This document shows, piece by piece, positions 27,181 to 42,449 of a DNA stretch of 64,000 nucleotides. Location: assembly GCF_009914755.1 (NCBI RefSeq), contig NC_060930.1. The stretch is one strand, 5' to 3'. Within the stretch, counting starts at the first letter, position 1. Each line of letters starts with the position of its first letter. The notes under the pieces are model-generated. The model was not told the origin of the DNA and did not search any database. It worked only from the letters and a program-made list of their open reading frames with translations. Made by a program: the position numbers and the translations under genes. The stretch comes from the human T2T-CHM13v2.0 reference genome, Homo sapiens.

Positions 27181-28284
27181 TCAACTCTTTCGGTACATCC
27201 CTTAAAGCAATGTTATTGAATAATAATTGTCGATGATACACCATAATATAAAACAAACATTAAACTAATAGAATGCATTTGAGCCTGAAAACTGCCTACC
27301 CCACCAAAATCTCACTATTTTTCATTTCTTTCACCCCACTCATAATGGATGAAAAGGCAGGAGGATTCAGATCACATCTTCCCGATGGTCTTTGCTGCAC
27401 CTTCTGGTTTCTAGTTCTAAGACTTCGTTTGATTCATTGGCCCTTCTTTTTTTCCTTTTTGTTTTTCTTTTGTTGTTGTTGTTGTTTTAATGTAAAAGCA
27501 TTGTATCATTCTTATTAGGAGCATTTTTTCTCTTTTTCAGGTATAAAAAATAATGATGCATCTTGTAATCTGTGGAGTATTACATAATAATTAAATATTG
27601 TAAATGCCCAGGTTTTAAAATTACTATTATCCTACTATTCTAAATACTTTAATGTACTCTCTTTACAACAAGTACATTTTCCCATAAAATTCAGTATCAT
27701 TACTGTATATCAGAAAGTTAAAGATACTTCCATGATGCCATCTAAAACCCAATCACATTCAGATTATTCCAATTGTCCTAAGAATATCTTACGTAGTTTG
27801 TTTCTCCTTAACCAGTAGTCAATTAATTTACATGTATTGAATTTGACTATAAATGGTAATATTATTAATACTGTGTACCTGCTACTCACTAGAAAAAATT
27901 ATTTTAATAAAAAAATATTTTATAGGCATTGCTGTCGATTTCATTCTCATCCTATTTTTGTCTTTTGGGCCTCATTTTAAAAACAACCTTATTGAAGCAT
28001 GTTTTACATATCAGAAAATTCATCTATTTCAAGTAAAAATTCAATGACTTTTAGTAACTTTACCAAGTGGAATTATTTACTTAGGAGGGATCAACACCTG
28101 ACCTAAAGTGGGATTCAGATTGGTGAGGGGGTTCAGTATGACTGGGCTCTATGCCCCAATACTTGGTATAATATTAAGATTTCGGGTCTAGACAGATAGG
28201 TAGAGTTAGAGACATAGAGATGATAGAGATGGAGATAGAGATGGAGATAGAGTATTAGGGTTCTCTAGAAAGACAGAACTAATA

Positions 28285-28286
<2 letters not shown>

Positions 28287-28340
<54 letters not shown>
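28287..28340. repeat. (AT)n microsatellite
   Basis: Pure AT run. Confidence 0.98.
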
Positions 28341-28343
<3 letters not shown>

Positions 28344-28558
28344 TTTATTAAGAAGTATTGACTCACATGATAACAAGGTGAAGTCCCACAATAGGCCGTC
28401 CGCAAGCTGAGGAGCAAGGAAGCCAGTCAGAATCGCAAAACCTCAAAAGTAGGGAAGCTGACAGTGCAGACTTCAGACTGTGGCTCAAGGCCTGAGAGCC
28501 CCTGGCAAACCACTGGTGTAAGTCCAAGAGTCCAAAAGCTGAAGAACTTGGAAACTGA

Positions 28559-28936
<378 letters not shown>

Positions 28937-29040
28937 TGACTCAAATGTTAATCTCCTTTGGCAACACCCTCAAACACACACCCAGAATCAATACTTTGCA
29001 TCCTTCAATCCAATCAAGTTGATACTCAATATTAACCATT

Positions 29041-29079
<39 letters not shown>

Positions 29080-29494
29080 CAGATGCAGAGAGATAGAGAT
29101 ATAGAAGTACACAGTTCCATCTCTCGTTCTCTTCAGTGCTTGACTCATTTCCTTTGGTTATCTTTATTCTTAGGCAGCCTCTCTGAACATAGTGACAATC
29201 TAGTTATCTTATGAACTTACAAAACAAAGAAAAATCCTTAATTGATCAAAAATGCCATTATCAAAGGTCCTGAATTGGCCCAAAGTAAACAAAGCGTCCC
29301 TTCCTTAACTCTAATTGTCCAAGGTAGGGACAGGTGCCTATTCCTGGAGCTGGAGCAGAACTGGACCAATCAAAGAACATGGACTGGGATGCAGGAGGTT
29401 GGTTCCAAAGGGAAAACAGGAGCTATTACCAGAAAAAGAAAAATTGGATGCTGGACAGGGGAAAATGGTACCCTTCCACTACAATCCTCTGTAT

Positions 29495-29717
29495 CAGAGC
29501 AGACAAACATTTTCTGGAAAGGTCCAAGTAGTAAGTATTTTAGGCTTTGCTGACCATGCAGTCTGTGTCATAACTATTCAACTCTGACACTACAGTGCAG
29601 AAGGAGCCATAGACACTATGCAAAGGAATGAATACAGCCATGTTCCAAAAATACTTTATTTACAAAAACTTGCAGCAATCCCAGTTTGGCCGACAAGCTG
29701 TAGTTTGACAATTCTTG
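29495..29717 (+). mobile_element. MER58A hAT-Charlie MITE
   Basis: tagtaagtattttaggctttgc...ctttatttacaaaaac...tagtttgac; TSD ctctgtat/ctctgtgt. Confidence 0.88.
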
Positions 29718-29737
29718 CTCTGTGTCATCAACAGGAC

Positions 29738-30064
29738 TGCTATGATCTGAATATTTGTGTCATCCCAAAATTCATATGTTGAAATCTTAACCCCCAAGGT
29801 AATGGTATTAGAAGATGGGGGCTTTGGGATGTAATTGGAGCCCTAATAAAAGAGGTCCAAGGAAGTTCATTTACCCACTCCACTGGGAGGACACAGAGAA
29901 AAGGCACCATCCGTCCACCAGAAAGTGGGCCCTCATCAAACATCGAATCTGCCAGTCCCTTAATCTAGGAATTCCCAGCCTCTAGACTAAGAAATAAATT
30001 CCTGTTGTTTATAAGCTTCCTGGTTTGTGGTATTTTGTTATAGCAGCCCAAAAGGACTAAGACA
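29738..30064 (+). mobile_element. MLT1A-type MaLR solo LTR
   Basis: tgctatgatctgaat...ttgttatagcagccc...actaagaca; TSD aggac/agaac. Confidence 0.88.
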
Positions 30065-30925
30065 AGAACCCATATCCAGTGACAAGAGACATGGTTGTAG
30101 CTGTCTGCTAGACAATCTGCCATATGCTTTTAAATAGCGTATCTTAGCCATACGGTGTTTTAAAAGCCAACTCAAAGTTCTCCTTCAAATATTATCAAGA
30201 AACTGAATTCCCACTAATGACCAGTTACTATGAATATAATAACAATGATAAATCTCAAATTAAAAGTATTATCAGAAGCTAAAGGGAATTATAAGAATCT
30301 TTGTTTTTGTGACGATTTAAACACGACAAAAATTAGATGATATTGAAATAATCTAATATTTCATTGCAAATATTCATACTTCACTATATCTAATTAAATT
30401 TCTGACAGTTGTTAAAATTGTCAAGCATCAATATTTCTTTTATCTAGGCAAACCACATTTTTCCTGCCTTACTAAATAAGAAAGCTAATACTTATAGAGA
30501 CATATGAACAATTTTGTCCCTCACATCTAACATTTAAAATCAAATTTAATAGCTCATATCTCTAAGACTTTTATAACAAAATTATAGTAGTAGAGTTGTT
30601 AAACTATATAAAACTCTAGAGTTCAAAAGTTGTATAATTATGACAATAAATACAAATTGTTCATGGTCTGTTATTTGTTTTTTATAGCTTGAATACATTT
30701 GCAAACATGATCTTTCTTTATTACGGTTTTTGTACTGGCACTACTTAATTATATTTTTACTGTATTCATTTTTCATCTCCTCCTATATCTCTAAATTTAA
30801 CTTTTATTGTATTGGTATCATAATTTACCAAACATGCATAATGAGCACCATTCCCAATCCACACAGTTTAATTAATTCCCTTCCAACATCTGTGTCATAA
30901 TTATGTCAGTGTTTCCGATTACTTC

Positions 30926-31307
30926 TGTTAAATAAAAAACTTTAGACAAATTACATTTAGCAGAGTTTATTTGAGCAAATAACTACTCATAAATTGGGCA
31001 GCACCCTAACCAAGCAGAGGTCCAGATAGCTCCATTTAGGATTGTGGGTTGGTCATATTTATAAACGGAAAAGGGAAGTGACATCGGGAAGCAGCTTGAT
31101 TGGCAATAGCTCCAGCATTTGCCTTATATGGACATGGTCTGATCAGTTGGCAGGCTGTACTTGGCTGAAGCTCAGCTGCTGTGATTAGCTGAAACTCAAA
31201 TATTTGTTACAAAAATATACTCTTCAGTTAGCATTTTTTTTACATACTCAGGTTGCAGTTCACTATGTACAGAGGCAGCTTTACGCCAAATTCAATTTAA
31301 TTTAACA
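30926..31307 (-). mobile_element. ERV1 solo LTR (MER57-like)
   Basis: Ends gttcactatgtacagaggcagctttacgccaaattcaatttaatttaaca. Confidence 0.75.
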
Positions 31308-31316
31308 CCCCCAGGG

Positions 31317-33909
31317 TGATATCATTTGGATCTGTGTCCCTACCCAAATTTCATATCAGATTATAATCCTCAATGCTGGAGGTAGGGCCTGGTGGGAGGA
31401 GACTCGATCATGGGGGCAGTTTCTAATTGCTTAGCACCATCCCACTAATGCTGTTCTCATTACTGAGTTCTCACAATAGCTGGTTGTTTAAAAGTGTGTA
31501 GTGCCTCTTCACCCTTCCTCTTGCTCTAGCATAAAGACGCCTGCTCCCACTTTGTCTTCCACCCTGAGCAAAACTCCCTGAGGCCTCCCCAGAAGCAGAT
31601 GGTTCCATGTTTTCTGTACAGCCTGTGGAACCATGTACAGAACCAATTTAACCACTCTTCTTTATAAATTACCCATTCTCAAGTATTGCTTTATAATAGT
31701 GCAAGAATAAACTGATACAAAAAATTAGTACTGAGGAGTGGAGCATTCCTAAAAAGATTCCTGAAAATGTGGAAGTGATGTTGGAACTGGGTAACAAGCA
31801 GAAGTTGGAAGAGAGTGGAGGGCACAGAAGAAGACAGGAAGATGAGGGAAACTTTGGAACTTCCTAGAGACTTGTTAAATTGTTGTGACCAAAATGCTGT
31901 TAGTGACACAGACAATGAAGTTCAGGCTGTTTAGGTATCAGATGGAGATGAGAAACTTATTGGGAACTGGAATAAAGGTAACTTTTGTTGTGGATTATTC
32001 AAGAGCCTGGCTGCATCGTTTCCCTCCTTTACAGATCTGTGGAACTTTGAACTTGACAGTGATAATTTAGGGTATCTGGTGGAAGAAATTTCTAAGCAGC
32101 AAAGCATTCAAGATGTGACCTGGCTGCTTCTAACTGCCTGTGCTCATATGCATAAGCAAATAAATGGCCTGAAACTGGAACTTATATTTAACAAGGAAGC
32201 AGAGGGTAAATGTTTGGAAAAGTTGCAGCCCAGCCATGTGGCAGAAAATAAACCTGTTTTCAGGGGAAGAATTCAATCTAGCTGCAGAAATTTGCATAAG
32301 TAAAGATGAGCTGAATTTTAGTAGCCAAGAGAATGGAGAGACCTCAAACGCATTTCAGAAATCTTGGTGGCAGCTCTTCCCATCATATTTCCAGATGGCT
32401 AGGAGGGAAGAATGGTTTCATGGGCCATCCCCAGGGCTCTACTGACCTGTGCAGCCTTGGGACATTGCTCCTGACATACAGGGTGTTCCAGCTTCAGCCT
32501 TGGCTAACTGGAGCCCAGGTACAGCTAGGGCCACTGCTCCAGAGTGTGCAAACCATAAGCCTTGGCAGCTTCTGCATGGTGTTAAGCCTGTAGGTGGATA
32601 GAGTGCAAGATGTGAGGCTTGTTAGCCTCTGCCCAGATTTCACAGGATGTATGGAAAAGTCTGGATATTCAGGCTGAAGCCTGCTGCAGGGTCATTGCCC
32701 TCATGGAAAACATCTACTAGGGCAGTGTAGGGGTGAAATGTGGGATTGGATTCCCCACAAAGAGTCCCCACTGGGGCACCATCTAGTGGAGCTCTGAGAA
32801 GAAGGCCACCATCCTCCAGACTACAGAATGGTAGATCCACTGGCTGAAGCCTGCTGCAGGGTCATTGCCCTCATGGAAAACATCTACTAGGGCAGTCTAG
32901 GGGTGAAATGTGGGATTGGATTCCCCACAAAGAGTCCCCACTGGGGCACCATCTAGTGGAGCTCTGAGAAGAAGGCCACCATCCTCCAGACTACAGAATG
33001 GTAGATCCACTGGCAGCTTGTACCCTGTGCCTGGAAAAGCCATAGGCATTCAATGCCAGCCCAAGAGAACAGCCATGGGGGCTGAACCCTGCAAAGTCAC
33101 AGGGGTGTGTGAAGCTGCCCAAGGCTTTGGGAGCCCACCCCTTACAACAGCGTGCCCTGGATGTGGGACATGAGTCAAAGAAGGTCATTTTGAAGCATTA
33201 AGATTTAATGACTGCCCTGTTGGGTTTAGGACTTGCACATAGCCTGTAGCCCCTTTCTTTTGGCCAATTTCCCCCTTTTGGAATGGGAGTATTTACACAA
33301 TGCTTATACCCTCATTGTATTTTGGAAGTAACTACCTTGTTTTTTTATTTTACAGGCTCATAGGCAGAAGGGACTAGCCTTGACTAAGATGAGAGTTTGT
33401 ACTGTGAACTTTTGAGTTAATAATGGAATGAGTTAAGACTTTGGGGGACAGTTGGGAAGGCATGATTGTATCTTGCAACATGAGAAGAACATGAGATTTT
33501 GGAGGGGACAGGGGCAGAATGATATGGTTTGGATCTGTGTCTCCACCCAAATCTCATGTCAAATTGTAATCCCCAGTGTTGGAGATAGGGTCTGGTAGAA
33601 GGCAATTGGGTGCTGTTTCTAATGGTTTAGCTATCTCCCTAATGCTGTTCTTGCTATAGTTCTCACAATATTTGGTTGTTTAAACATGTGTAGCACCTCC
33701 CTACTCCTTCCTCTTGCTCTGGCCATGTGAAGTTCCTGCTCCCACTTTGCCTTCCACCATGAGTAAAACTCTCTGAGGCCTGCAAAGAAGCAGATGTTTC
33801 CAGGCTTCTTGTGCAGACTGTGGAATCATGAGCCAATTACATCTCTTTTCTTTATCAATTACCCGGACTTGCATATCTCTTTATAGCAGTGCAAGAATGC
33901 ACTGAAAAA
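31317..33909 (+). mobile_element. Full-length MSTA MaLR element: 5' LTR 31317-31719, internal 31720-33519, 3' LTR 33520-33909
   Basis: Two homologous LTRs (tgatat..tttggatctgtgtc); MaLR internal sequence; polypurine tract before 3' LTR; TSD caggg/ctggg. Confidence 0.92.
32672..33011 (+). repeat. 170-bp direct tandem duplication (2 copies, 1 mismatch)
   Basis: 32672-32841 versus 32842-33011; differ only at ggcagt(g/c)tag. Confidence 0.97.
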
Positions 33910-34478
33910 CTGGGACAGAAAATATCCCTCAGAATAAGGGAATTTCTTATTTAGGTGACATTAAAAGACAAAAATGAAAGTGGCAATTTTGGTAAAATGT
34001 GATATTGTTTTCATGGAAATAGGGACAAAATAAACACTTTAATTTGCAAACAGAGTAGTGGGTTCTACCAGACAGATAAAGTCTCCAGTGAAGTTAAGTA
34101 ATCTGGTCCAAATCAAACAGCTTATAGTGGAGTGGGTGTGTTTGTCTCGGACCTCAGGAACTACCCATCCTTTTATACCCTGTGGTCTAATCAACGTGTT
34201 AGTTATCAGAGTTGTGGAAAGTTGTTTTTCCTTTGTTTTTATTTTGTAGAACTGTTGTATGCTATAATTAATACCCCAGAGAACATCAACATTGTAGTTA
34301 TTTGTGTTTTGTGTATTTGGGTAACTTCGTCACCCCTATAAAGTGAACACTCTTGCATGAATTCTTTGCTCCTGTGGAAAGCCTGGTGCAGAGATGTAGA
34401 GATGTTGGCATCCAGTTTTTCTTCTGGTCTTTACCCAACAAATAACTGCTCAAGTTGGTAAGCTGTTCTGAAATTCGG

Positions 34479-34850
34479 TGATGTGGTTAGGCTTTGTTTC
34501 CCTACCCAAATCTCATCTTGAATTATAATCCCCATAATCCTCATGTGTCAACGGAGAAACCAGGTGGAGGTAATTGAATCATGGGGTCATGGGGGTGGTT
34601 CTCATGATAGTGAGTGAGTTCTTACAAGATCTGATGGTTTTATAGGAGCTCTTCCTGCTTCTCTTGGCACTTGTCCTTCCTGCCTCCTTGTGAAGAAGAT
34701 GCCTTGCTTCCCCTTCGCCATTGGCCATGATTGTAAGTTTCCTGAGGCCTCCAGGGCCATGCTGAAGAGTGAATTAATTAAACCTCTTTCCTTTATAAAT
34801 TACCCAGTCTCAAGCAGTTCTTTACAGGAGTATAAAAACAGACTAATACA
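34479..34850 (+). mobile_element. THE1 MaLR solo LTR (THE1D-like)
   Basis: tgatgtggttaggctttg...aaacagactaataca. Confidence 0.88.
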
Positions 34851-35752
34851 CTGTTTCTTTTGTATCCCCTCTGTAGATTACATATGAAAAGTTCTGGATA
34901 AATAGTAGTTCATTTTTATTTGAAATTGTACCTTGTATGCAGCAGATAGGACAATGTGAGTAGTGTTATGAGGTACAAAGAAGCATAAGCCACAGTCTTT
35001 ATAAACAGGAAGACTGCCAATTTAATTGAAGAAATTAGACACATAAACATGATATAAACAATGCTACCAATCATCATAAACTAATGGTACAATACGTACC
35101 TCTGCACAGAGTTTTCCAAGGTGTGAAACAGAAATCCCTTTTGTGGGTCTACACAATCAAACCTGAACTCAAAAGCAAATCTAAAACTCTGGACATAGTA
35201 GATCCCACTTGAGTATTCTAAATGCAGATTAGGATATAAAAGTGCTGAGAAATCCTGTGGTAAATAAATCTAATTCATATAAATCAGCAATTCCCAGTAT
35301 ATTTGACCACTTACCCCTGTTTTAATGAAGAAAAAACATCATAAAACCCCTAGCTGAGTGTTCTTTAGACCATGTTTGTAAAATGCCACCCCAGAAGCTG
35401 CAAGATGAATGAGGGCCTGATGAATGGGCATGATGTTCCTGGGGAGGCAGAATACAATGGGAGAGGGCGAGAGGTAAGGCAAGAAGCAGCCTTTCCAAGT
35501 CTGAGATGACACAGAGACTGTGGGCTCTTAATAGGTGGAGTGACTCCCACACACTCATGTACATCAAAATGGCGTCTTCACCATGGTGGTTCTTCAATGT
35601 ATGTTTGACGAACTAACTTCACAGAATTAGAAAACTGAAATTCCTATTTGGAGGGTAGAGAGTAAACCAAACTGAGTACAGCAGAGAAGCAGAACTAAGG
35701 CTGGGAAGGAAAGGGAAGGAAAGATCCCAGAAGAAGAGAAAATCAACACCTA

Positions 35753-36049
<297 letters not shown>

Positions 36050-38211
36050 AGAAAATCAACACCTAACTGAGAATAACGTGTGGGATCTGTGCTGCAGGTA
36101 TTTCATACCCTGTCTCATTGAACTCTGACAATTACCTAAGGCAGAGAAGGATTATATTTAGAGAGAAAGACAGAGGTAACAAAGAAAGGGAAGAAATTCT
36201 GAACAGCAAAGAAATAGAAATGGCAAAGCAAAAGATGGCCATGGCCGGCCGGGGCTGGAATCACATGCAGGCAAGAGTGCAAATGAAGGAGAGGGGAAGC
36301 AACTTCCTCCAGAAACATTATTACCAACGTCTAAAAACTGATGGATTTTACTTTTCATAGCTCTAACAGACTCCAGATTTCTGAACTATTTTATCTTACT
36401 ATTTTCTATAACATTAATAAGAATTACACTTTTAGGATAATTACCATGGTTATTCTTTCCTTTTAAAAAAGATGTATTCTACTTCCTATTTTCTGATGCT
36501 CTGATACCTTCCCAGGTCTCTATTTTCATACTTTAAAAATAATCTTTAGTAGTTGAATATGTTCCTTAGTTAATTCACCTGCAGCACCACATTTAATGCC
36601 ATCTGGAACCACTAATTTTATTTTGTTTAAATTATCCAAGTATGCTCTTACCTGAATTTCAACAGCAGGTATTTTCACAAAGTCTTTATTATTTTATAAT
36701 TTTCCAGAATCGTATTTCTTTCCTTTCCAGCACTTTACAAGGAATAATTAAGGCACTAGAAGAACAGAAGCCCTGTGAAATGTGCTACTTTGAGATTTCT
36801 CAATTTTAACAACAAATGTCAGTAAGAAATGGTTGAAACAATAGATTTTCACTTGTTAATTTTCTTCCACATGCTCAATTAAAAGCATCTTCCAAGATTA
36901 TTTTAAAAGCTTTCATTTTCAAATCAGCAGGATACTGATTTAATCTGCTTTGAAAGATATTTAATAAAGCACAGTCATAAACAATTATTTCAATATCTAA
37001 TGGAGCACAGGTGGGCTTATAAGACTGGAAAGGGAAGCAGCGAGGACTGTATTCATAAAGGAGTGGGTCCTTTCCAGAATGATCTACACTAGAGGATTTA
37101 ACCCCATGCTCTCAGGTGCTGCCCAGTCCTACTGTATTTGACTCCAGACACCAGGCTCCCATTGGAAGATCAACCTTCACCCAGTCTACACCATCCCTGA
37201 CTCAGAAAAATTTAAAGAGCTCAAAAATCTAGCACTTAGTGTCTAACAATTTTCACCTCAAAGTCCTCTCCAGTCTTGCAACCCAGTTTACTACCTGGCT
37301 TCTGTCTTTCTCCTTATGCCTATGTTTTGTTTAAGTCAGCTTCGCAGTAACACTGGCCTTCTGGGACTAGGATCCCATCTTGCTTTGAACATCCACCAGC
37401 CGCCACAGCTTTCCCATCGTCTACCTCATATCTACCTGCACCTGGACTCTGCCTAAGACTGAGCTCCACTGTTTAAGGATAGACTTTCCCAATGTCTGCT
37501 GCTTTTTGATATAAACTTCTACATGTCACTTGGTTTAGAGTCCTCACTATGTCCTTCTGCCTGCAGCTAGGACATCTCCCTACCTCATGTCGTCCACCAC
37601 ACTGGCTTTTTGGCTGAATTTACACTCACCAATTTTCCCATCCTTTGCAGTGCATGCACTAAGTGTACATTCACAGTCCCTCCAGATGGCCATGCCAGGG
37701 ATCAAAGCTCTTTTGGTCCTGATCTCTCACACTTTCGTTTATTTTAGTAACAACCTGCCAGGTTGATATAGTCTGAGCTCTAAAATCATCTATGATATCT
37801 AGATTAAAATGCAACTGACAAGGAGCAGCAAATGACCAGCCAGTGTGGTCACCATCATAAAGAATTTAGATTTTCCTCTTGAGAAATCTTCTCCATAAAA
37901 ATATTGAGCAAAGAAAAAAAAAATAGAATCTGATTTTTAAATGATGAAGACCATACAGGCAGCAACTGGTGAGTAATAGGTGCTCTCTGTCTTCCATGTC
38001 TTTCCTCTACATTTTTGTTTCAATCTCCTCTAGCTTTCTTATCATGAACCACAGTTAAGATATTGTTTACTCAACCTCCTAGCTGTAATGGAAAAGAGAA
38101 ATAAAATTCAGCCAAACTTGAATACTCTAGGAGGTGAGAAAGAGGTGAGACTAGAGGCAGGGAGGCCAGGAGGATGGCTGGAACCTTGCATTTGGCAACG
38201 AATCAATTGAT

Positions 38212-39315
38212 GTAATAACAAAAGCACAAGTAACAAAAGAAAAAATAGATAAATTAGACTTTATCAAAACTGAAAACTTTTATGCATCAAGGGACATTTT
38301 CAAGAAAATAAAAGACAATCTACATAATAGAGGAAAGTATCCACAAATCGTTTACCTAATAAGGGTCTAGTATCCAGAATATATAAAGAACTCGTACAAC
38401 TAAACAGTAACAAAGACGCAACCCAATTTAAAATAAACAAAGGACTCATATAAACATTTTTTCAAAGAAAAAGATATAAATGTCCAATGAGCGCATAAAA
38501 AGATGCTCACTCTCATTAGTAATTAGGGAAATGCAAATCAAAACCACAAAGAGGTACCAGCTCATACCCACTAAGATAGCTATACTAAACAGAATTAATT
38601 CTAATTTTAATTTGGAAAACAGAAAATAACAAGTGTTGAGGATGTGGAGAAAATGGAACATTAATATATAACTGCTAGAATGTAAAATGATTCAGCGATG
38701 TGGAAAAGTTTGGCAGTTCCTTACAAAGTTAAGCATAGAATTCTCATATGATCCAGCAATTTCACTCTGAGGTAAAGACACCACGCCACCCTCTGCCAAA
38801 ATTGAAAACAGATACTTATACAAATACATGTAGGTGCAAATTCATAACAACAGTATTCACAATAGCTAAAAGATGGAAACAGCTCAAATGCCCATCAACA
38901 GATGAGTGGATTCACAAACTGTTGCATATAAATAAATTAAAATTGTATTCAAAGTCTAAAATAAATGAGTCCTGATACACGCTACAATGTAGATGAACCT
39001 AGAAAATACTATGTTAAGTGAAAGAAGCCAGACAAAAAAGCTCCCATATTGTTTACTTACATAGAAATATCCATAATAGATAAAGCATATCAATAATAGG
39101 TAAATCTGCAGAGACAGAATTTACCAAGGCTAGAGGAAGGAAGAACAGGCAGTGACTGCTTAATAGGTATGGGGTTTCCTTTTGAGGTGATGAAAATGTT
39201 TCTGAACTAGATAAAGGTGATGATTGTGTAACACTGTGACTGTAGTAAATGCCACCGAATTTCTTACTTTAAAAAGGTTAAGTTTATGTCCATTTCATTT
39301 CAAATAGAAAGAAAA
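38212..39315 (+). mobile_element. Old L1 (L1MB-type) ORF2 end and 3' UTR
   Basis: aaagcacaagtaacaaaagaaaaaatagataaattagact; FTIAKRWKQLKCPSTDEWI remnant; ggggtttccttttgaggtgatgaaaatgt. Confidence 0.88.
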
Positions 39316-39978
39316 TAACACAATTTTCCTCATTTCTATTATTGATCTGAGTCTCCATTTCTATTTGGTGATTAAAATATTAGATACCCTCAACAGCCGT
39401 TTGTGGTTTCAAGCTCGATGTCTTGTGATAAATAGTCTTTTCAGGATTTTCAGGTTGATCTTTATTTAAACCATCATTCTTTCAGTGATCCCTCCACTTT
39501 TTCCTATTTTAGGGATGGTTCTCACCATATTAATATGGTGTGACTGGGGGGTGCGGGCAGGGTGGCTATGGTTGCTTCTTCCCTGGTTATCATCTAACAT
39601 CATTCGTTTTTGAAATTATAAGTAGTCTATCCTCCCTGCTTGGATAATGTGTGCTGATTACCCTGCTGGATGATGATGGGCCATTAACTGGTTCTGAGAG
39701 GTCCCAGAAGCACCTCTGTTCTTACACCCAGCTGAATGGCTGCCCACAGCCTTAGCTGGGAGGAGGCCCTCACCTCAAACACTTACAACCCTGGTTGGGC
39801 ACTCAGAGACATTTGGTTATTGTACATGCTACCCTTGGGCATGCAGGAAAAGTCAGGGCCATGTCTGTGTCCTTCTAGATGCTGGAAACACCAGGGTGTT
39901 ATCACTCTTGCCCTACCCTCCTGCTTTGGCCAGTGGAGAAACCTTCAGGGCTGCTGCTTTCAATGGTGGATCCACAGT

Positions 39979-40456
39979 TATGTTAGTCAGGATTCTCCAG
40001 ACAGACAGAACGTGTGTGTGTGTGTGTGTATGTGTATGTGTCTGTGTGTAACACAGAGAGAGAGAGAGAGACTGATTTTGAGAAATTGGCTCAAAACTGT
40101 GGGTGCTGACAAGTTTAAAATCTGTAGAGTAAGCTGGCAAACTGGAGATTTAGGTAAGAGTGGATTTTACAGTCTTTATTCCAAAGGCTAGAAATTCAGG
40201 TAGAATTTCTCTTTGGTAGTCTAGAGGTAGGATCCCTTCTTCTTCGACAAATTTTAGCCTTTGCGTTTAAGGTTTTCAACTAAATAGGTGATGCCTACTC
40301 ACATTGTGGAGAATGATACGGTTTTACTTAAAGTCAAATGATTATAAATGTTAATCATATCTAAAACACACTTTTACAGCAACATTCAGATGGGTGGTAG
40401 ACCAAATAACTGGGTACCATGTCCCGCCAAATTGAAATATAAAATTAAATATCACA
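39979..40456 (-). mobile_element. MLT2 (MLT2C/D-like) solo LTR inserted in older MLT1-like sequence
   Basis: ttagtcaggattctccagacagacagaac...gccaaattgaaatataaaattaaatatcaca; internal (TG)n(AG)n. Confidence 0.75.
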
Positions 40457-42025
40457 GCCACATAGAGGGAACCTGGGTCCTGACCTATGAGTCTTCCAAG
40501 CCAGCTCTGGACAGTCCACCTGTGGGCATTTGTATGAGGGAGAATGCAATTCTGCTTTATTGTGCCCATTATTTTTTCCTGTTACATTTTTTTTTTTTTG
40601 CCTGAATTCTAATGGATGTCTACTCCCTTATCCTTGTTACAGTAATTGGATACAGCATCCTGCCTCTCTTCTCCTGGGAAATCTAAGGGGCTAGAGAAAG
40701 AGAAGTGACTCCTAGTTCCCCTTTCATCTCCAAAATGTGTCATGCAAAACTCTTTTCTCTCTCTGACAGCCTGGAGTTCATTGGTATAATATTTAGCATG
40801 TGGTCTGAAAAGCCTCTTCTAGTTCACCAGTTGTCTCCAGTCTTCTTGGTCTGCCATGGGCAGAGTGTGTCATCTGAGCTTCACCGGGATGTGCTGGTTG
40901 TGAGGAAGGAAGAGGAAACTGCACGTTTTTGTCTCAGGTGTTCGGGCCAATGCTCTCCAGGCCATCCTGCCTCACTCTGTTCCATGCCAGCCACATTCAC
41001 AGATGGAGGGACTCAGTAACGTGATTCCAAACTCCTAGAGGAGCAAATTTGTTACCCCATATGGAGTTCTTGCCTGCTCCTGGTCCATGTTATTCTCCAC
41101 AATGTGAGTAGGCATCATCTATTTAGTTGAACCAGGATCAGTTCTTGCCTGCAGCTGAGACAGGAAGGAAGGGGATACATGGCCCCCTCCACAGGGAGAT
41201 GCAATTTTAGATCCCTCGTGCATGTGCAGACATAAATCGCCTTTCTAAAATGACATACCGGTGTGCATGTGAGGGCACGCGCATGTAAGTTTGCAGGTAA
41301 CAGGAACTAGACAACTGTTTGACACTTTCTGAAGACCAGAAAATGACTTACTGGGAATTATTGAGAATGAAATTAGAAATGTGAACAGCAGGTTTGTACT
41401 CATAAAATAATATGCTATGTAAGGATTTCTTATAACTATTTTTGCTAATCCTTAGTCAATTTTCCGGGAGAATAGAGATGAGGATGATTCTTCCTTCTTT
41501 CCTTGCATATTCTCTGTACCCACTCCTCCCTTACCCTGTATGTCTGCTCCTGATATCAGCATTCTGATTACTTGCTCCTCCAAAGTATTAACCTCACTTC
41601 ATCCACTTGATCAAAGAATAGTCCTGGTAAAAAGTTATTTAACTCAGACGCTGTTGCCTCCCCGCATCACGTTCTCTGCAAAGTGCTGGCTGCCACTTTA
41701 CTAGTCAACAGAAATGACTGTGCATGGCTGTAGTTCTTTGCTCTGAGCCAGTATTTTCTGCCAAACTAGCAGCTTTCTATGCCAGTATCAATCTTCTCTA
41801 CTTCATAGTGATGGGAGAAGGATATAAACCTCTTTTTTGTGGGAAGACTTACTGCTAATTGCAGTGGTAATGGAAAAATTGTCCTACTCCCACCCATTGA
41901 ATATGTTTCATCATCCTTTTAATTTCAAATTGTATATTGAGAAGGGGAGTTTCTGTATCTGTAAAAGTCACATAGTGAGATGTTTAACTCTTCATTTATT
42001 AACTTAATAGAGGATCTTATGCAGT

Positions 42026-42449
42026 TTCTATAGTTTGCATGTTTGTTCCACAAACCTCATGTTGAAATTTGATCCCCAATGTTGGAAGTGAGGCCTAATG
42101 AGAGTTGTCTAGGTTATGAGGGTGAGTCCCTCATGAGTAGATGAACGCCCTCTCTTTGGGGTGACTGAGTTCTCGCTCTCTTAGTTTCTGAGAGTTGGAT
42201 GTTGAAAGGAGCCTGGCACCTCTCCCCTGACCTTTGCTGCCTCTCCCTCCATGTGGTCTCTGCACATGCCAGCTCCCCTTCTCCTCCCACCATGAGTGGA
42301 AGCTTCCTGAGGCCTCGCCAGAAGCCAAGCAGATGCTGGTGCCATGCTTCCTGTACAGCCTGCAGAACCATGAGCCAAATAAACTTTTTTTCTTTATAAT
42401 TCACCCAGTCTCAGGTATTTCCTTATAGGAACACAAGTGGACTAAGACA
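42026..42449 (+). mobile_element. MSTB-type MaLR solo LTR
   Basis: catgttgaaatttgatccccaatgttgga...gagccaaataaac...ggactaagaca; TSD gcagt/acagt. Confidence 0.9.

Noticed and set aside
36990-37700. Possible ancient LTR remnants (also ~29150-29490 and ~40620-41900)
   Set aside because: Composition is suggestive but I could not identify termini or a family with confidence
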